Assembly (NCBI RefSeq): GCF_009914755.1
Contig: NC_060947.1
Strand: one strand, 5' to 3'
Length of the DNA stretch: 64,000 bases
Origin: the human T2T-CHM13v2.0 reference genome, Homo sapiens
Shown: positions 26,340-42,042 of the stretch, in pieces
Position numbering within the stretch: position 1 is the stretch's first letter
Layout of the letters: every line of letters begins with the position of its first letter
Made by a program: the position numbers and the translations under genes
Notes under the pieces: generated by a model
What the model saw: the letters and a program-made list of their open reading frames with translations, nothing else
Database searches by the model: none
Told to the model about the DNA's origin: nothing

Positions 26340-27180
26340 AGAATTTAAAATATAATCATTAATCTTTACAAGAACCTTATGATATAAAGGTATCTGTGTT
26401 TTACTGATAAAGAAAATGAAGCTCAGTGAGGTAAGTGACTTGCCTAATGTCACATAACTAGAAAGTGAGTGGGCTAGATTCTGTAGTAATGGTCCCCCAA
26501 AGAAGCACATCTCCTTATATTAAGGATACCAAGTTTTTTCTATTTTTTTCTTATGTTGCTTATGCTTTTGATGTCATATCTAAGAAATCATTGCCCAATC
26601 CAAAGTCACAAAGATTTATATCTATTTTTAATTCTAAGAGTTTAAAGTTTCAGCTCTTCCATTTAGGTCTATGATCCATATTGAGTTAATTTTTGTATAT
26701 GGCATGTTTAATGTTTCAACTTCATTCCTTTGCATATGGATATCCCGTGTCAGCTTTCGATGCATGATGAAAACTTAGTGGCTTAAAACAATAAGCATGT
26801 ATTTTTTTCCTCACAAGTCTGTGAGGCTTCTGGGCAGTTCTGATCCTAGCTGTCTTGCCAGATCTCTGCAATTAGCTGGAGGCTTTGTTGAAGCTGAATG
26901 TCCTAGGATGGCCTCACACATGTGTCTGGTGGTTGTCAGGCTAGTTCATCTAGTGCACCTCAGCTGCGATGGCTCATCTCTGCAACAGACTTTTCCATGT
27001 GGTGATTCATCTTTCAATATACTAGCCTAGACTTCTTCACATGGTAGACTCAGGTTCCAAGAACAGCAGAAGGCAAGCTCAAATAAAAATACACCTTTCA
27101 AACCTCTGCTTGTGTTCTGTTTGTTAATATCCCATTGAATAGGCAAGTCATATGGCCAAGCCCAGAGTCAATGTATGCTA
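26340..27180 (-). mobile_element. MIR, L1 fragment (26530-26750) and MLT1 LTR (26750-27180)
   Basis: MIR core gtgacttgcctaatgtcaca; L1 aagaaatcattgcccaatccaaagtcac; MLT1 aacttagtggcttaaaacaa. Confidence 0.65.
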
Positions 27181-29109
27181 GTACACTTTTGCTACAATAC
27201 TGACGCCTCAATCCTGGGTATTACATAGTCATACCAAAAATTCTGGTGTTGCCAGTGTATATCTCCACAACTACCATAGTTATTCTTTAGCATCCAATGC
27301 AAAAGAATGTATTAGAGTGTAATTCCTCATGTCAGTGCCACCTGCTAGTGCTAGTCTAGTTCTCAGTTGTATCCCTAGCACTTAGACTAGTGCTTGGCAC
27401 ATAGTAGGCGCCAAATGGATAACTAAGTGAATGGCTTTACAGAAAAATTGAAGGAGAACAAAAGGGGGTCTAGTTTCATCTATTAAAGAATGATCTAGTT
27501 TAAGCCTATGCCCCATGCTTACGTCAAATGCACATTGTTCCTGTTTACTTCATGAGTTAAAGACTGAAAAGAAATCCTTGGTAATCCAGTATACCTGACA
27601 CATTTTTGTACCCTTCCGTTTTGTGCTGGCAATATTTTCTTAGTTTTATTATAATTACCTTAATGATAAGATTTTAATTATTCACATTTTGGCTGCATTT
27701 TATCAAATAATACAATCTCATTTAGGAAACAATTCCCCAAAACCATACAGAGGCTTCTTTTCTCTGTTTTCATTACTTCAAAGGTTTATCTTAACATTCT
27801 GGTGACATTAAGCATCAATGTAAGGAAGTGAAATGTTAAAATCTTCATATTTCAGATTTTTTAAAATATGCGTGCTTGCTGCTAGAATTGGAGAATTATA
27901 AAGAAGTAGAAGCATTACTGCTCCTTAAAATCCATTATTCTGATTTCACCTAGTGCTCTCTTCTACCCAATCCGATAGGGTATGGGCCCAAGAGAAAAGT
28001 GTGAGCCATGACCCCAAATAGATAATTGCCTCCTTATTCCTGTTATTCTGAGATTTGGCACACATTGGATATTCAGGCACACTTTAAGAGTGTACTAAGA
28101 ATCAGCCTCAATACAGTACAATGGTATATTCCTATAAATAAAAGGAAATCATTCTGAAGGGGCAAACTTTCCAGAATGCCACCGTTGTCAATGATAGGGT
28201 GGCTCCGTTGGATATCAATGAACACTATAACGGCAAGTTAAGTACAAATCTTAGGCGAAGTTTTTGAATGTTATAATTTATCATTAGAGCCATCCCCAAT
28301 TTTTGTAGTACTACATAGTGATCAAAGCATTTTCATGTCCATCATCTCAAACTTGGTTTATAATAGCCACCTAATATGAAATTTATTTCTGTAGACTTTC
28401 TTTTCATGTGTTATATCATCTTTTCTCCTGAGGTTCTTTATAGACAGTTCCGTCCTTGTCATCCAATAGATATCTGGGTATCAAGGATTCTCAACAATAT
28501 TTGGTATGATGTTTGCAGAATTTTTTTTTGAAAGTAAGTGCCTCAGACTATTCATCATTTCACAGCTATCTTAGATCCATACTGGCACATAACTTAGAAA
28601 GACATTCAGTTCTATTTCTCAATAATTATTGTTGTTTAATATCTCACTCACCATCGGCACCACCTTTGCCTTGTCCATATCAAGGGCACCCACAGATAAA
28701 AAATTTTAATGATAAAGAAATTACTTCTAAGTTCCTGTTCTATATATTCAAAAGAATATTTCTTATATTTCTAAAGTATTTTAAAACTTAAAAGTGTTTT
28801 TACATATATTACTCATCAGGCATATGTGCTCTGAGACATAAAATTGTAAATACATTGTGAATTGCATCACCTTCCTAGCCTCAGTGTCTCCCAACATAGA
28901 CCTGACCTTCCTAAAATTGTTGATGATCTCATTTATATTATTTGTGTTACATAAGGTACTACACCACATTGTTAAGAAGATGATTTGATTTTTTTAAAAA
29001 AGCATATGATTATTCTTTTATAAAATGTTAGGATCTGAATAGCTACTTGCGATATACTAGTATTTTTTTTTAAGTATGGATCATGGAACAGATATATCAG
29101 AACCCTATG

Positions 29110-29290
29110 AATAAGTGTTTTAAAACTTTAATATGTAACACATACCTGGGTTGATGATTGCAAAGCAGATTTCTGAACCTACCTCAAAACCTACTAAATC
29201 AGAATCTCCGGAAGTGGAGCCAAGACATCTGAACTTTTAGCCATCTGAGTGACTGCTGTTCATCTCAAAAGGCTAAGAACTATTGCCTTA
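29110..29290. mobile_element. MER5-like hAT MITE
   Basis: acctactaaatcagaatctccgg...gctaagaactattg. Confidence 0.6.
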
Positions 29291-30280
29291 CAATGAACTT
29301 AATTTTTCTAGGGTTTCCACTGCAACTTAGAAGAAAGTTCTGTGCCTTTAGAAACTCCAAGAACTCGTTAAGGCAATTAGCATACCATTTAGCGAGTAAT
29401 TCAAACTTAAGAAAAAAGAACAATGGGATTTAAATTATCATCAAAACATACTTCTGTGCAGTGCCCTGTACCTGGTGCTCTAAAAACTGCAGAAATTGAT
29501 ACAATTTCATAATAAATATTCAATCTGTAATGACGAGCTCTGTCAATCTTAGAAAAGATAAATGTAGAGTTTAATTAGAAAATAGATGTCTCTCTGAATG
29601 TGAGGTGAAAGCTGGATAAAATGCATTTCTGTCTGCCTCATAAGGTACTATTCAAGATATGTCATTGTTATAATTTGAAAAGTATTATTCAGGAAGAAGA
29701 CAGATTTCAGTTCAGCAGATTTGACTGTCAGAAGACCAAGAAAGCTGAATGGAAAAAAGCTAAGTCACAGTGATCAAAACTTAAAAATTATCACGTATCT
29801 TGAAAATTAGCTAAAGAGTTATAGCCAAATCTCAATTTGCCTCTCAACAAAAAGTTAGACCAGGGAATCGTCACAATATGGGAGCCATTTTGATTAATGT
29901 AAACTTAAGTAAGGAAGTCTCTATTCCATGGTGCTTGGCTTGTATTGCTTCTTCATGAATTATGTTCTGATATTTTTAGATCACTGAAAGTGTCAAAATA
30001 ATATTGAGTTAGATGCACTTTCTTCATGTCTTTCATGAGTTTAAAACATCCGGTTCTCCACAATGGCAATCAACTGACATCTATCTCACTCTGGAAAATA
30101 AAAATAAAAATTGTGTCCAGGATGTTCCTGGAAGGGTATTGCAAAAAAAATTATCTGTGAATCTAGCATGCAAGGTTAGGTCAGACCCTGTTAGCTGAGG
30201 GGAGTAAGGAGCAGGTGTTTGGACCAAGTCTGGGGAAGACTGGGCCAGACAAAGGGTAGAAGTTTAGATTTCTCAATTCA

Positions 30281-30790
30281 TTGTACGTAACAGTTAACTC
30301 TTACCACAATAACACTTCATAACAACGCAAAACCTCAGTGGCCTACAACAATTAAGTGTTGATTGCTCACGTGTCTAGAGTTACCTGCTGATCTTGTCCC
30401 CGTTGGGGGAAAAAGTGCAAGAACCCATTTATCCTGACATTGTCAGAGGATCAGCTGTCTGTTGGTTGATATAAGCTGTCCTCAGCTTGGACGATTGGAG
30501 CAACTTGGCTTAGGTCTGTGTTTCTCATAATGCAGAAGGTTAATCCAGGCATATTCTTATAGTAATGGCTAAGGTACAAAAGAAAGCAAGTGGAAATATG
30601 CCAGGGCTCTTGAGGTCTAAGCTCAGGACTGGTACACAATCATTTTCACCATACCGTAAGCCAAAAGCAAGTCATAAGACCAGTACCAATCGAAGGGGTG
30701 GGAAAATAAAGTATACCTCTTTAATAAGAGGAACTGCAAAGTCTTGTGGCAAAAAAATAATGAATATAAGAATTGAATTCATTAGTACAA
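30281..30790 (-). mobile_element. MLT1 (G/H-like) LTR
   Basis: aacctcagtggcctacaacaa; aaagcaagtcataagacc. Confidence 0.65.
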
Positions 30791-30874
30791 TTTCTCACTG
30801 TGTGAGATATTGAGTTCCTTTCCTCTATAGAGACCATGCTATGCAATATAGATAATAAGAGGCATAAGGTCTGA

Positions 30875-31042
30875 TAGTGATTCTCAAACATGGATGGCTT
30901 ATTAAAACTCAAATTGCCAAACCCTTCCCCTGGAGTTTCTGTTTCAAGAATTTCAGGGAAGAGCCTTAGAGTTTGCATTTCAGGTGAATTCCTAGATGAT
31001 GTGGATACTGCTAGCCTAGGGAGCACATTCCGAGAGCCACTG
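30875..31042. mobile_element. MER5A-like hAT MITE
   Basis: agtgattctcaaa...gagtttgcatttc...gagagccactg TIR-like ends. Confidence 0.75.
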
Positions 31043-31542
31043 TTCTGTGGATCTAGAGTTAGTAAGAACTTATTAGGATACTTTAGGCAACAGAGTATTT
31101 ATAGGAAAGGCAATTTGAAGTGAAGTGAGAGAATTTGAGTGAAATCATTTCCTAGATATCCAAACAGCTTGTTAAGAATAAGCAGGCAGATCAGGGGCCA
31201 TTGCTTCTTTCTTTGCACTATTCAATTTAACTATCTCAGGTAGCCAACAAACAACACAAGGGTTGGGAATGAATGAGTAATCAATTGTCTGTTGAAAGTT
31301 ACACACAAAACTCTACATTGACAAACAAATTTTGGTGTCATTATTTTATTGGAAAAAAATAGTTAAAATAAGGTTTTGAGATGTCCATCACACTTAAAGT
31401 CAGTGAAAACACGCAACTTCTTCTAACATCAAATCACAATGAAACAATGAGTGAATGAGGCCTTAATTTTGGGGCAAGCAGAAAAATGCTATTAAATTAT
31501 TTTGGGGGAATTGGTGAACTACAACCATTAAAGATAATGTGA

Positions 31543-31858
<316 letters not shown>

Positions 31859-32239
31859 AAAATATAAAATATTGAATATTGAGACCTACCCGAGGTTTAG
31901 CCTAGCCTGACACAATAGTTAAGTTCTAAGCAAAAATAAAGTTATTATTAGACGAGTGAAAAGCAGATTACATTTTACCAAAAATATGTTACTTTTAAAA
32001 GTGTGCAGGCAAATATCAAAATTGAATCAGTATTTTCAGACCACTACCTTTGAAAGTATCCCTAATCTTATACTAATTGGAACAAAAAAATGAGAACATG
32101 CAAAGAACATATGAATTCATTCAATATCAACATTATTAGTGTCTCTAAATGCTCATATAGAAATTGGAATTAATACAATAGAGAAGGCGCCAAAAGAGAA
32201 AAAGGCATCTTTTCAGGCATTTAAACCTTTTTTCATTGA

Positions 32240-32560
<321 letters not shown>

Positions 32561-34428
32561 AGATTCAATCTTAAATAGAAAAAAGTGTTTTATAACTGAA
32601 CTAAAGTCTAAAAACAAACTCTTAGAATAAATATAAATCTGTTATGCAAATACAAATTTGAATGGAACACTTTACAAATTTATTTAATAAAGTATATTTG
32701 AGTATGAATTTAATAACATAGTTGTCATTAAATGGTATTCATCTGATAATAAATACCCATTCACATACTTTAATTCAAAGTATGTGGAACTAAAATCCTA
32801 CAAGACAGTAGTTTTGCCCCCAGCTGGATTGATACAGTGATATCTCTCCCTTTATTATCCTTAATTCCCTAAACCACACAAATACATAGAAAATTTGAGT
32901 TCCAGTTTGACCGAAATGATAAGAAGGCTATTATAATTTCACACTAAGGTTATTTTTATCTTTTTGTCGACTTGAGTGTTCTCCCTATGAAGTTCTCCAC
33001 TTCCACCTCCATCTACCCCTACATACAGTAAAAATGGACCCTAAAACCCAGGAGAATTGGTAATTATTTTCTTTATAGTGGTTATCATATAATAATGGTT
33101 TCTCATTTGCTTTCTCATGTGAACCAAAAAGAAAAGCTGCATGAGAGCATCTCTAAGAACAGCAAGTGCCTTTTTAGTTATCTGTGAAGCCTTGTTTTAA
33201 GTATAAGTAGAGGGAAATCGTTGGAACTTAGTAAAAGGAAATGTGTATGGAAAAAAATCTTATCAGTTGAGAAATATATATACTTTCCTTCTCATCTATC
33301 AGAATAGGAAAATGAATTTAATCAGAGCTGGGGCTGGAGGTTGGAGGCAGAAATGCAAATAAAGGAAACAAAATTCAGCCAAGTTTCTTAAATACCTTTT
33401 CCCAGTGATTTGACAATATGGATCTTCAGATAAATACAGAATCTTACTTAAAGGATAAAGATAATGTTGGTTTTTTATTAGACTTTTCATAAAAGCTACT
33501 TTTCTAAGTTATTTTGACCTCAGCAATAAGAATTTCAGAAAGTGGTGGGATTAAGCTCCAGGGTTAAGCTGCTGATGTCTAGACAACTTGGAATTGAATT
33601 CAAATAGAAATCAGAACCCTCAGGTAAAAAAGTTAGCAAACTGGTTCCATTTTTTTTTAAAAAAAGAAAAGACTATTAGAGTCATAACTAAATGCACTTT
33701 TTCTTCAAAAGAAGATAATTATCTATTTGTAGCATATGAATTTCAGACTACAGTGTCTTGATTTAATGCACCCAGCACACTAGTGAGCCAAAATTCACCA
33801 AAATCCAACAGAAATCTAAATTAAGTGAGAATAATGTTTTCCTGAGTATTCATTTCAGAATTTATTTAAATCTAGCCCAAATGTGCCATACTTCTTTGGA
33901 TGTATTAATTAGATTCTACTGGAAACCAGCTGACCCCAAGTTCTCCCCTAGGTATTTGGTTGTAATACAAAGTTATACCATTGTTGAAAACATCTGAGGT
34001 CCTATTCTCAGGTTCCTGTCAATGGTAGACCACAGTCTTTGGCATTGTAGAATCCCTCAGTGGCCACTTTCAATAGTAGACCTTGAGCCCACAGTAGATT
34101 CAACTGTGTTCTTCAAGTGATCATAGGCTGAACTGGCCTCTGCTGTTGACCTCTTCTTTATGTCAGAAGCCACTTCAGTGTGGGACCACTCTAAGAACAC
34201 ATTTTCATCTGAAATTAATTCCAGTTTCAACTTTCATTTCCCATTACTTAATTTTTTTTTTTTTTTTTTACTTTTTCATTTCCCACTACTTTTATGCAGC
34301 AGAAAAACAAAATAGTGCATTTTTTTGCAGGGATTGCTTTGAAGCTCATAAGCAGGGCAGATCAATTAAATCCCCAACTAAGCATAATTTGGGTGATTGA
34401 CAATGGCCTTTCCCCAGTAAGAATGGTT

Positions 34429-34724
34429 GGCCCAGCACGGTGGCTCACGCCTGTAACCCCAGCACTTTGGGAGGTCACTTGAGGTCAGGAGTTTGAGACC
34501 AGCCTGGCCAACATAGTGAAACCCTGTCTCTACTAAAAATACAAAACTTAGTCAGACTTGGTGGCGGGTGCCTCTAGTCCCAGCTACTCAGGTGGCTGAG
34601 GCAGGAGAATCACTTGAACCCAGGAAGCAGAGGTTGCAGTGAGCCGAGATCTGAGATCGCACCACTGCACTCCAGCCTGGGTGACAGTGAGACTCTGTCT
34701 CAGAAAAAAAGAAAAAAAAAAAAA
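34429..34724 (+). mobile_element. AluS with ~14-bp deletion in left arm, followed by MIR (to ~34925)
   Basis: gggaggtcacttgagg lacks ccgaggcgggcgga; TSD aagaatggt. Confidence 0.95.
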
Positions 34725-35699
34725 GAATGGTAGAGGTTTATTGTGAGTTTACTATACCCCAGGCATTGTGGTAAGCACTTTACTTGCATTATTTCCTTCA
34801 GTTCTCACAACTGGTTCATGACATGAGTGCTGTTACTATCTCCATTTGACAAAAGTTACTTAGGATCAGAGAAATTAAGTACATTTCTTAGTCATTCCTA
34901 GTAAGTAGTTGAACCCAAGAATGTGGGTGATTTTCCTTTTCAAAAATGTCTGTTCTGTTTTCCTTAAAGCTATCATTGAAATGGATAGAAGGGAGAAAAT
35001 GAAAGAGGGAGGGAGGGAGGGAGAGAGAAAAAGAGAAAAAGGATTTGGCTATAGGTCAAGTTGCCTTGCCCTCTTTCCCTTCTCTTATACAATACTTGAG
35101 AAGAATCCTGATGCTCAACAATGAAAGCAAACAGGATTTTAAGGGCAAGAATCTTTTTTTGGTCACCACCATGCCCCTCAAAGCCCAGGTTATTAGGTTG
35201 CATAGTTATTTACTGAAAAAAAAAAATTAGGAAATGTTTTAAAACTCTAGAGACCCTCCTCTTTAGTGGTCTACTCTATGCAGGAGAAAATTGGCTCTAT
35301 GGATAATCTAGATGTATTCCAAGGATGGTATGTTTATCAAATATTTAGGATTACTTCTCTATATACATCATATATATTATGTAATGAACCCTTATTCTTG
35401 CATTACTAAGGAATTTTATTATAAATAAACTGAAAATAGTTACGTAATAGTATTTTTATCTCTTGAATTCAGCTCCAAATTAGTACTGCTGGATTAGTTT
35501 GCACTTGATAGGAATGATAGGAATGAATTTGACCAAATGAACCATTTTTAACACTATCGTTTGATAGGTGAAAAAAAAAAGTGGTTTAATTTCTGAAATA
35601 TTCAACTTTTCTCCCCCTGCAACTTCAAGGTTTTACCAGTGAAATGCTTAATGCTTTTCATCAGAAACATCTAACTTTCCAGTGCCTCAGGGAACATTA

Positions 35700-36029
<330 letters not shown>

Positions 36030-37045
36030 TCAATGAGCATGGAGACAACAAAGGCACTCATAATCTTTTCTTGCATGGGCACTCTTAAAATCTACATCCT
36101 CTAATTTGGAACATACACAGACCACTCCATTGGTCTCCAGAATTTGTCAAGTTGTACACTTTGCTGTATTGTAGAAAATAAGGTCTTGGAAAGTACTCTT
36201 ATGGCATTTTTTTTTCTTATTCTAAATTTTTTCAATATGTGGAGATATCGCTTTTTCTCTTTTAATGTATGCCAACTCACAAGTCTCACCTTTCAGTTTG
36301 ACTGCAAATATTGTGAGTGCAATTGGACAAGATGGTTTATACTGCAGTCCGTAAGGGGGAAAAAATCCTTCCTCCCACAATACTAACCTAGGAATCTATT
36401 GCTCCTGCTTTTAGTCCCAGCTCCAGCATTACTGCCATCACACAGTTTCTCTATGACTTCAGTTGCCTCATCTACAAAATGGAACAATTAGAGCTCCACA
36501 GTTTGTTTTAAAGAATTACTATGAAAATGACAAAGCCCTGTATCAATGAAAAAAATTCATTATAATTTTGTATTAGTTTATTCCCCTTCTTTCCTCAGTC
36601 CCCCAGCCATCCAGCCACCCCCACCCTACACCTTCTCATAATATTTCTTCCCCTATTGGCCTCAGTCTTGTGCTTTCTCTTTTTCCTTCTCTTTCTCTTT
36701 ACCACTTTACCATTCTTTCTCAGTATGGTTTTTGTTCCTCTTTTGGACCCCTCCATAGGGTCATCAGAACAAACAGTCATACAGATCTCTTGCACTATAC
36801 TGTTTCATCCCCCACCCCTCACCAACAGATTTGATTTGATTGGACATTCGAGAATTATAAGTTTATTAGGTTAAGAAGAAAGAGTTTAACTAAACCTAGT
36901 TATGCCTGTGGCACAATATCATGTTCATGTCAGTTATTTTTTTAAAAGGTAATTTCTGGTGATAATTAAGAATATACTGTAACATTAAAATATCCTGATT
37001 TTATTATATGGATTAATCATATATTTTATTTAAGCGGATTTTTAA

Positions 37046-37393
<348 letters not shown>

Positions 37394-37831
37394 TAAGTTG
37401 TGCACAATTTAGCAGCCTATTTCAATGAGTACACGGGGGAAAACAGTTCATAGGTGTTGTGAGGTGTGGACTATTTTGCGCTCTATTAATAGAATTCATG
37501 AAAAAACAGAATGATTTTATTGCTACTACCAATTCTGTCAAATATGGAGACTTTATATACTTTAATTGAATACGTACATTGGTATGCTTTTTATATCTCC
37601 ATGAAAACATCTATATTATGAGAGTTCTATCAGTATTTCTGATTTCATATATTGAACAATCCTATATAAATTCTGTGGGAGAGGGAAAATCAGTTTACCA
37701 ATAAAATGTATAGAGCAGTTGGAGATTGCGCTTTTCCAGCAGTCTTCACACAAAACCAATTATTGCCAAATGTTATGACCTGCACAGTTAAAAATCATCT
37801 AAGTGCAAAACAATATACAAATTCTAAGATG

Positions 37832-37915
37832 TATTATCTTGGTGCAAAAATAATTGAGGTTTTTGCCATTGAAAGTAATGGCCAAAGCTGCAATTACTTT
37901 TGTACCAACCTAATA
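37832..37915. mobile_element. MADE1 (Hsmar1 MITE)
   Basis: ~80-bp imperfect palindrome ttggtgcaaaaataattg...gccattgaaagtaatggc...caattacttttgtaccaacctaata. Confidence 0.9.
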
Positions 37916-39359
37916 TTTTATTTTAAAAGTGAAGTGTCTCTAGTGAGTTACAAGCAAGTAACAAAGAATAGTCAGCAAGTTAAAAATGACTTACTTGTAA
38001 AATATTTTCCTTGTGCCTGGACCAGTTCTGTATAATTCAAATATAACCAAAAAATGGAAGGTAAGCATATTTATGTACATTATACATTATATATTATATT
38101 TGAAAAAACCCAGGGTCTAGAGGCCTAAGTATCATGCTAAGGATGTCAGATGGGGTGGTTCTGGTTGTTGGAGAGGCATCTACAGTACCTCAAAGTCCAT
38201 CCCATACAGATCTACTGCTGTTGTCATTTGTTATAGAGTTTCACCATTCTCTTGGTCATCTCAGGAAAGCACAGCCCTCTTCCCCTCAGAGCCTTCCAGT
38301 ACAAATGAGAGAAGGGCTTCTCTGGATATTTTGGCCCCATGCTAAACTGTTCCTACAACACTAACAGGGAGGATGCCCTCCTGGGCCTGACCAATGCTTG
38401 GCTAGCTGCGGTAGGTGTGTGATCATGAGGAGAGGGATTAGATGAGCTACAACTGAGAGAACAGAAATTGGAGCACCTTAATGGAGATGCTCCTTTGAAT
38501 GGAGACCTGCCTCTTGCCTATCCTAGCAGAGTGGAGCCGTCTCTTGGGGTAGGATAGAGAGTCTGCAAATGCCAGCTCTGCCCCCTGCTATGTGAGGGGA
38601 CCTCTTATCTGGAACCCCACTAATATTCCCCTTAAAACATTTATATCCTCACCCTAACCTTTCCCCCACTTGGATCTCAGCCTTCCTTCTGAGGATAAAG
38701 TAGCCTAGCTCTTCATCTTTACTTTTATCCATGAGGCTAAAATAAATGTAGGTCCTTATTTATTTAGATTCTGGATCTAAAACAAAACAAAGCATATTAA
38801 CAACAACAAAAACATCCTCTTTTTCTCTCTCAACCTCAGGTCTTGAAAATCATGAGTCTGTGACTTTAAAATTCCACATCTGTTAATGAGTTTTTAAATA
38901 TCTGTTTAGAAATTCAATTGATTCTTTGATTGTTTGTAAGATCTCTATGCCCTAACTTCCCTAGGGTAAATAATTAAGTGCCTCCCTAAAGTCACTGGAC
39001 TCAATGGGAGGGGAAGAAGGGTGGAAGGGAAGAGGGAAATTAATACTGGTTAATGACTCCAATTGTCATCCCACCACACACAATTATCTATTCAAATGGC
39101 CCTCTAGGCTGACTTGGGCTGATTGAACTAGAGATGAACATCTGACTCAGTAACAGTCATTTACAAATTAACCAATAGCAGAGGATGACAAGGCACAAAG
39201 GCTCGAAACAATATTTGTCCTTGCTATCACTGGTGAATAGTGGAGTTCATCTAAGTACCACTCTAAACTATAACCAGCATGGATCAGTGATGATAATGCA
39301 TCATAAACCAATAATTGTGTTTAATCATTCTGTTCAACTGAGGTTGCCCAAAATTAATT

Positions 39360-40480
39360 AACTAACAAATGGATGATAAATTACATAAGTAAATGCAAAC
39401 AAAAAAGGAATCAGGATACTAATCAATATTAGCTTAAGTGGAATTCAGGTCATAAGTTGAAAGGAGACAAAGAAAGACACTTTATAAAATTAAATGATAA
39501 AATTCATGAGGAAGATAAAATATTTATGAATATCTGTGCATCAGATAACATAGCATTGACATTCGTGAAGCCGACACTTCAAATCATTAAAGAAGAAAGA
39601 GAATAACAGTGGTGATGGGAGACATTAATTTACCTCTTGTGGTCCAAAATAGATCAAGTGGACCAAAACAATGTCTAAGGAAACAGCATATGAAAATGGG
39701 ATTTTTTTTTTTTTTGAGACAGAGTCTCGCTCTATTGCCCAGGCTGGAGTGAAATGGCACAATTAAAATGGGATATTTTTTAAAGTATATAAAGTAAACC
39801 AATACTACATCACTAGAAAAAGAATACAAATGCTTTTCAAATACCCATTCTTTAAAATCTTTAAATGTTCTTTAAAAATCAACAATATGTTAGTCACAAA
39901 GTAAACTTCAGCAACATGCAAAATGTAGACATAGTATAAGTAATATAACATTCTCAGATAAGAATACATCTAAACATTAATAAGAAAACCAAGAAAGAAA
40001 AGGCCCTTACCTACCAAAAGTTTTTTAAATGATTGCATACACCAGTTGAGACAAAGAGGAAATACTAACCAAAATTGCAGAATATCTAAAAAATAATTAT
40101 TTTAAAATTATGTATCATATCAAGACTTATGGGGTATAACTGGAAAGAATAAAAATAAATAATTGAAGTATTTAACTTATTTTACTTAAATATAGGAAAA
40201 GAATCATAAAAGGAAAGAAGAAAATAAAGATAAAAGCAGATATTGGTAGAATGAATAATAATTATTATCTCTTTATTAATAATGAAATGGATAATCTTTG
40301 AGTTAACCAAATGAAGAATAGGGGGAAAGCACAATAAGCAAAATAAGAAATAATCAAGGTAAGTAGGAGAATCGTAAGAGCCTGTTTTGCTAAGCTACAC
40401 ATAAATAAATTCAAAATCTGTGATGAAATACACAATTTTCCAGGACAATGTACCTTACCAAACAAAAAGAAAGAAAACAT
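39360..40480 (+). mobile_element. Old L1M ORF2 endonuclease-region fragment
   Basis: aataacagtggtgatgggagacattaat (IxxGDFN-like); atagatcaagtggaccaaaa. Confidence 0.7.
39703..39763 (-). mobile_element. Severely 5'-truncated Alu (~60 bp)
   Basis: Poly(T)-gagacagagtctcgctct...ggctggagtg; TSD aaaatggg(g)at. Confidence 0.9.
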
Positions 40481-40569
40481 GTAAAATCTTTATTTCCGTA
40501 AAAGACTTAGCTTAATTTTTATTCTATGGCTATTTCCTCATGAAGCACAATTGAAGATATTTCTACAGG

Positions 40570-40880
40570 GTAAATTAACCTGAGTCCTCCAAGAAGAACA
40601 TGTCAAGAGAGGATCTGAAGTGTATAAAATCTATTGGAGAATCACCTGTAAAGGACAGAGTGTGACTGAGCAGGGGAATGAGAGCCTTCAGACGACAGTG
40701 CAGGCCTGACACCTCCAAAAGTGGAGAGAGCAGGAAGAAAAATTGAGTAGGAAGGAGCTTCAGACTGGAGTGCAGTTCTGAGAGTGTCTCAGCCGGCTTA
40801 ATTGGGAAATCAAGCAGAGGTTGCCTGTTAGAGGGGTCCCACAACTGCCAGAAATGACCCGTTTCTAGTATAACTCTCAC
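40570..40880 (-). mobile_element. ERVL LTR33-like fragment
   Basis: gagagccttcagacgacagtgcaggcctgacacc; cttcagactggagtgcagttctgaga. Confidence 0.55.
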
Positions 40881-41857
40881 CTACTGAAAAACATTTTTCT
40901 GAAATGTATCTTCAATGTAGCCTACATCACCACTTTTTCTCTCTTTACTAGATCATTCTGATCAGTATACAAACATACTGTAGTATCTCCCATTTTATGA
41001 AATATTTCCCTGCCCCCTCCCATAGTAGCTACTGCCCCATTTCTGTGCTTCCTTTGGAAGCAGAACTTCTGCAAAAAAAATTGCCTGTAATTATTGTATA
41101 ACACTTACCTCTCCTCCCATTTTCTCTTAAAACTAATTCATTTGCTCTTATATCTCCACCACTTCACCAAAAACATATTTGTCAAGTTCCTCAGCGACCT
41201 CCATGTATCTAAAACCAGTGGTCAAATATCAGTTCTTAACTGACTTAACTACAGAGATTTCTTCCTCCTGTTTTCTCCTCCTTCCACTTCCTCCTCCTCT
41301 TCCTCTTCTTCTTATCAATTTTCAGAATAATTAGGTCATATTTAAGCAATCTCCAGAGAAGACCATTCTTTTTTTCTAAGAACTATTATTAACTTATGAA
41401 TGTTAACATATTTTGGTGTATTTTAATGCATTATAGACATTGTTCCTTTTAATACCTAAATCATTCTTTCTTTATCAGTGGGAAACATTCAGAGTCAGCC
41501 CATGGGTCATTTTGATGTCTCTCCGCTTTGTACAAGAAATCTCAAGTTTATCATGCGAGATCTGTTTCTCAGATGTGGAATTGCCTTTCTCTAAGCAGCC
41601 CTAATTCTTTTCTGGGGAAATGAAATTCAGAGAATATAATTTGGATGCTAGGGATACTAGTGGCTACCGGGTTGTAATTAATTCTGTATTTTTTATTGGG
41701 CAGAGCTAGGAAAACACACGCTTTTAGAAAGAGACAAATGAATAGTGATTTGACTCTGAAATTTCCATTCAAATTGATTTATAGGATAGTTCTATAATAT
41801 TAGGCCATAGTCTTGATTCTTAACGTTATCATCATTTTCTTAATTCTAATCTATCTA

Positions 41858-42042
41858 TATTAGGCTGAACCATTTTAAATTCACATTTTTGTGTATATTA
41901 AAATGTTTTGTTTTAAAAAGTAAACCAAATACTGTATCACTGGAAAAACAATATGTTTTTCAAATACCCATTCTTAAAATCATAAAATGTTCTTAAAACA
42001 TTTATTACAGAATATTAGTGATTTTATATTGTCCAACCATAT
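41858..42042. mobile_element. MADE2 (Hsmar2 MITE) split by an insertion
   Basis: Left TIR tattaggctgaaccat..., right TIR gaatattagtgattttatattgtccaacc; ~100 bp extra in the middle. Confidence 0.6.

Noticed and set aside
37832-37915. 80-bp hairpin as a novel ncRNA or miRNA
   Set aside because: Explained by MADE1; although the mir-548 family derives from MADE1, nothing in the sequence shows this copy is processed.
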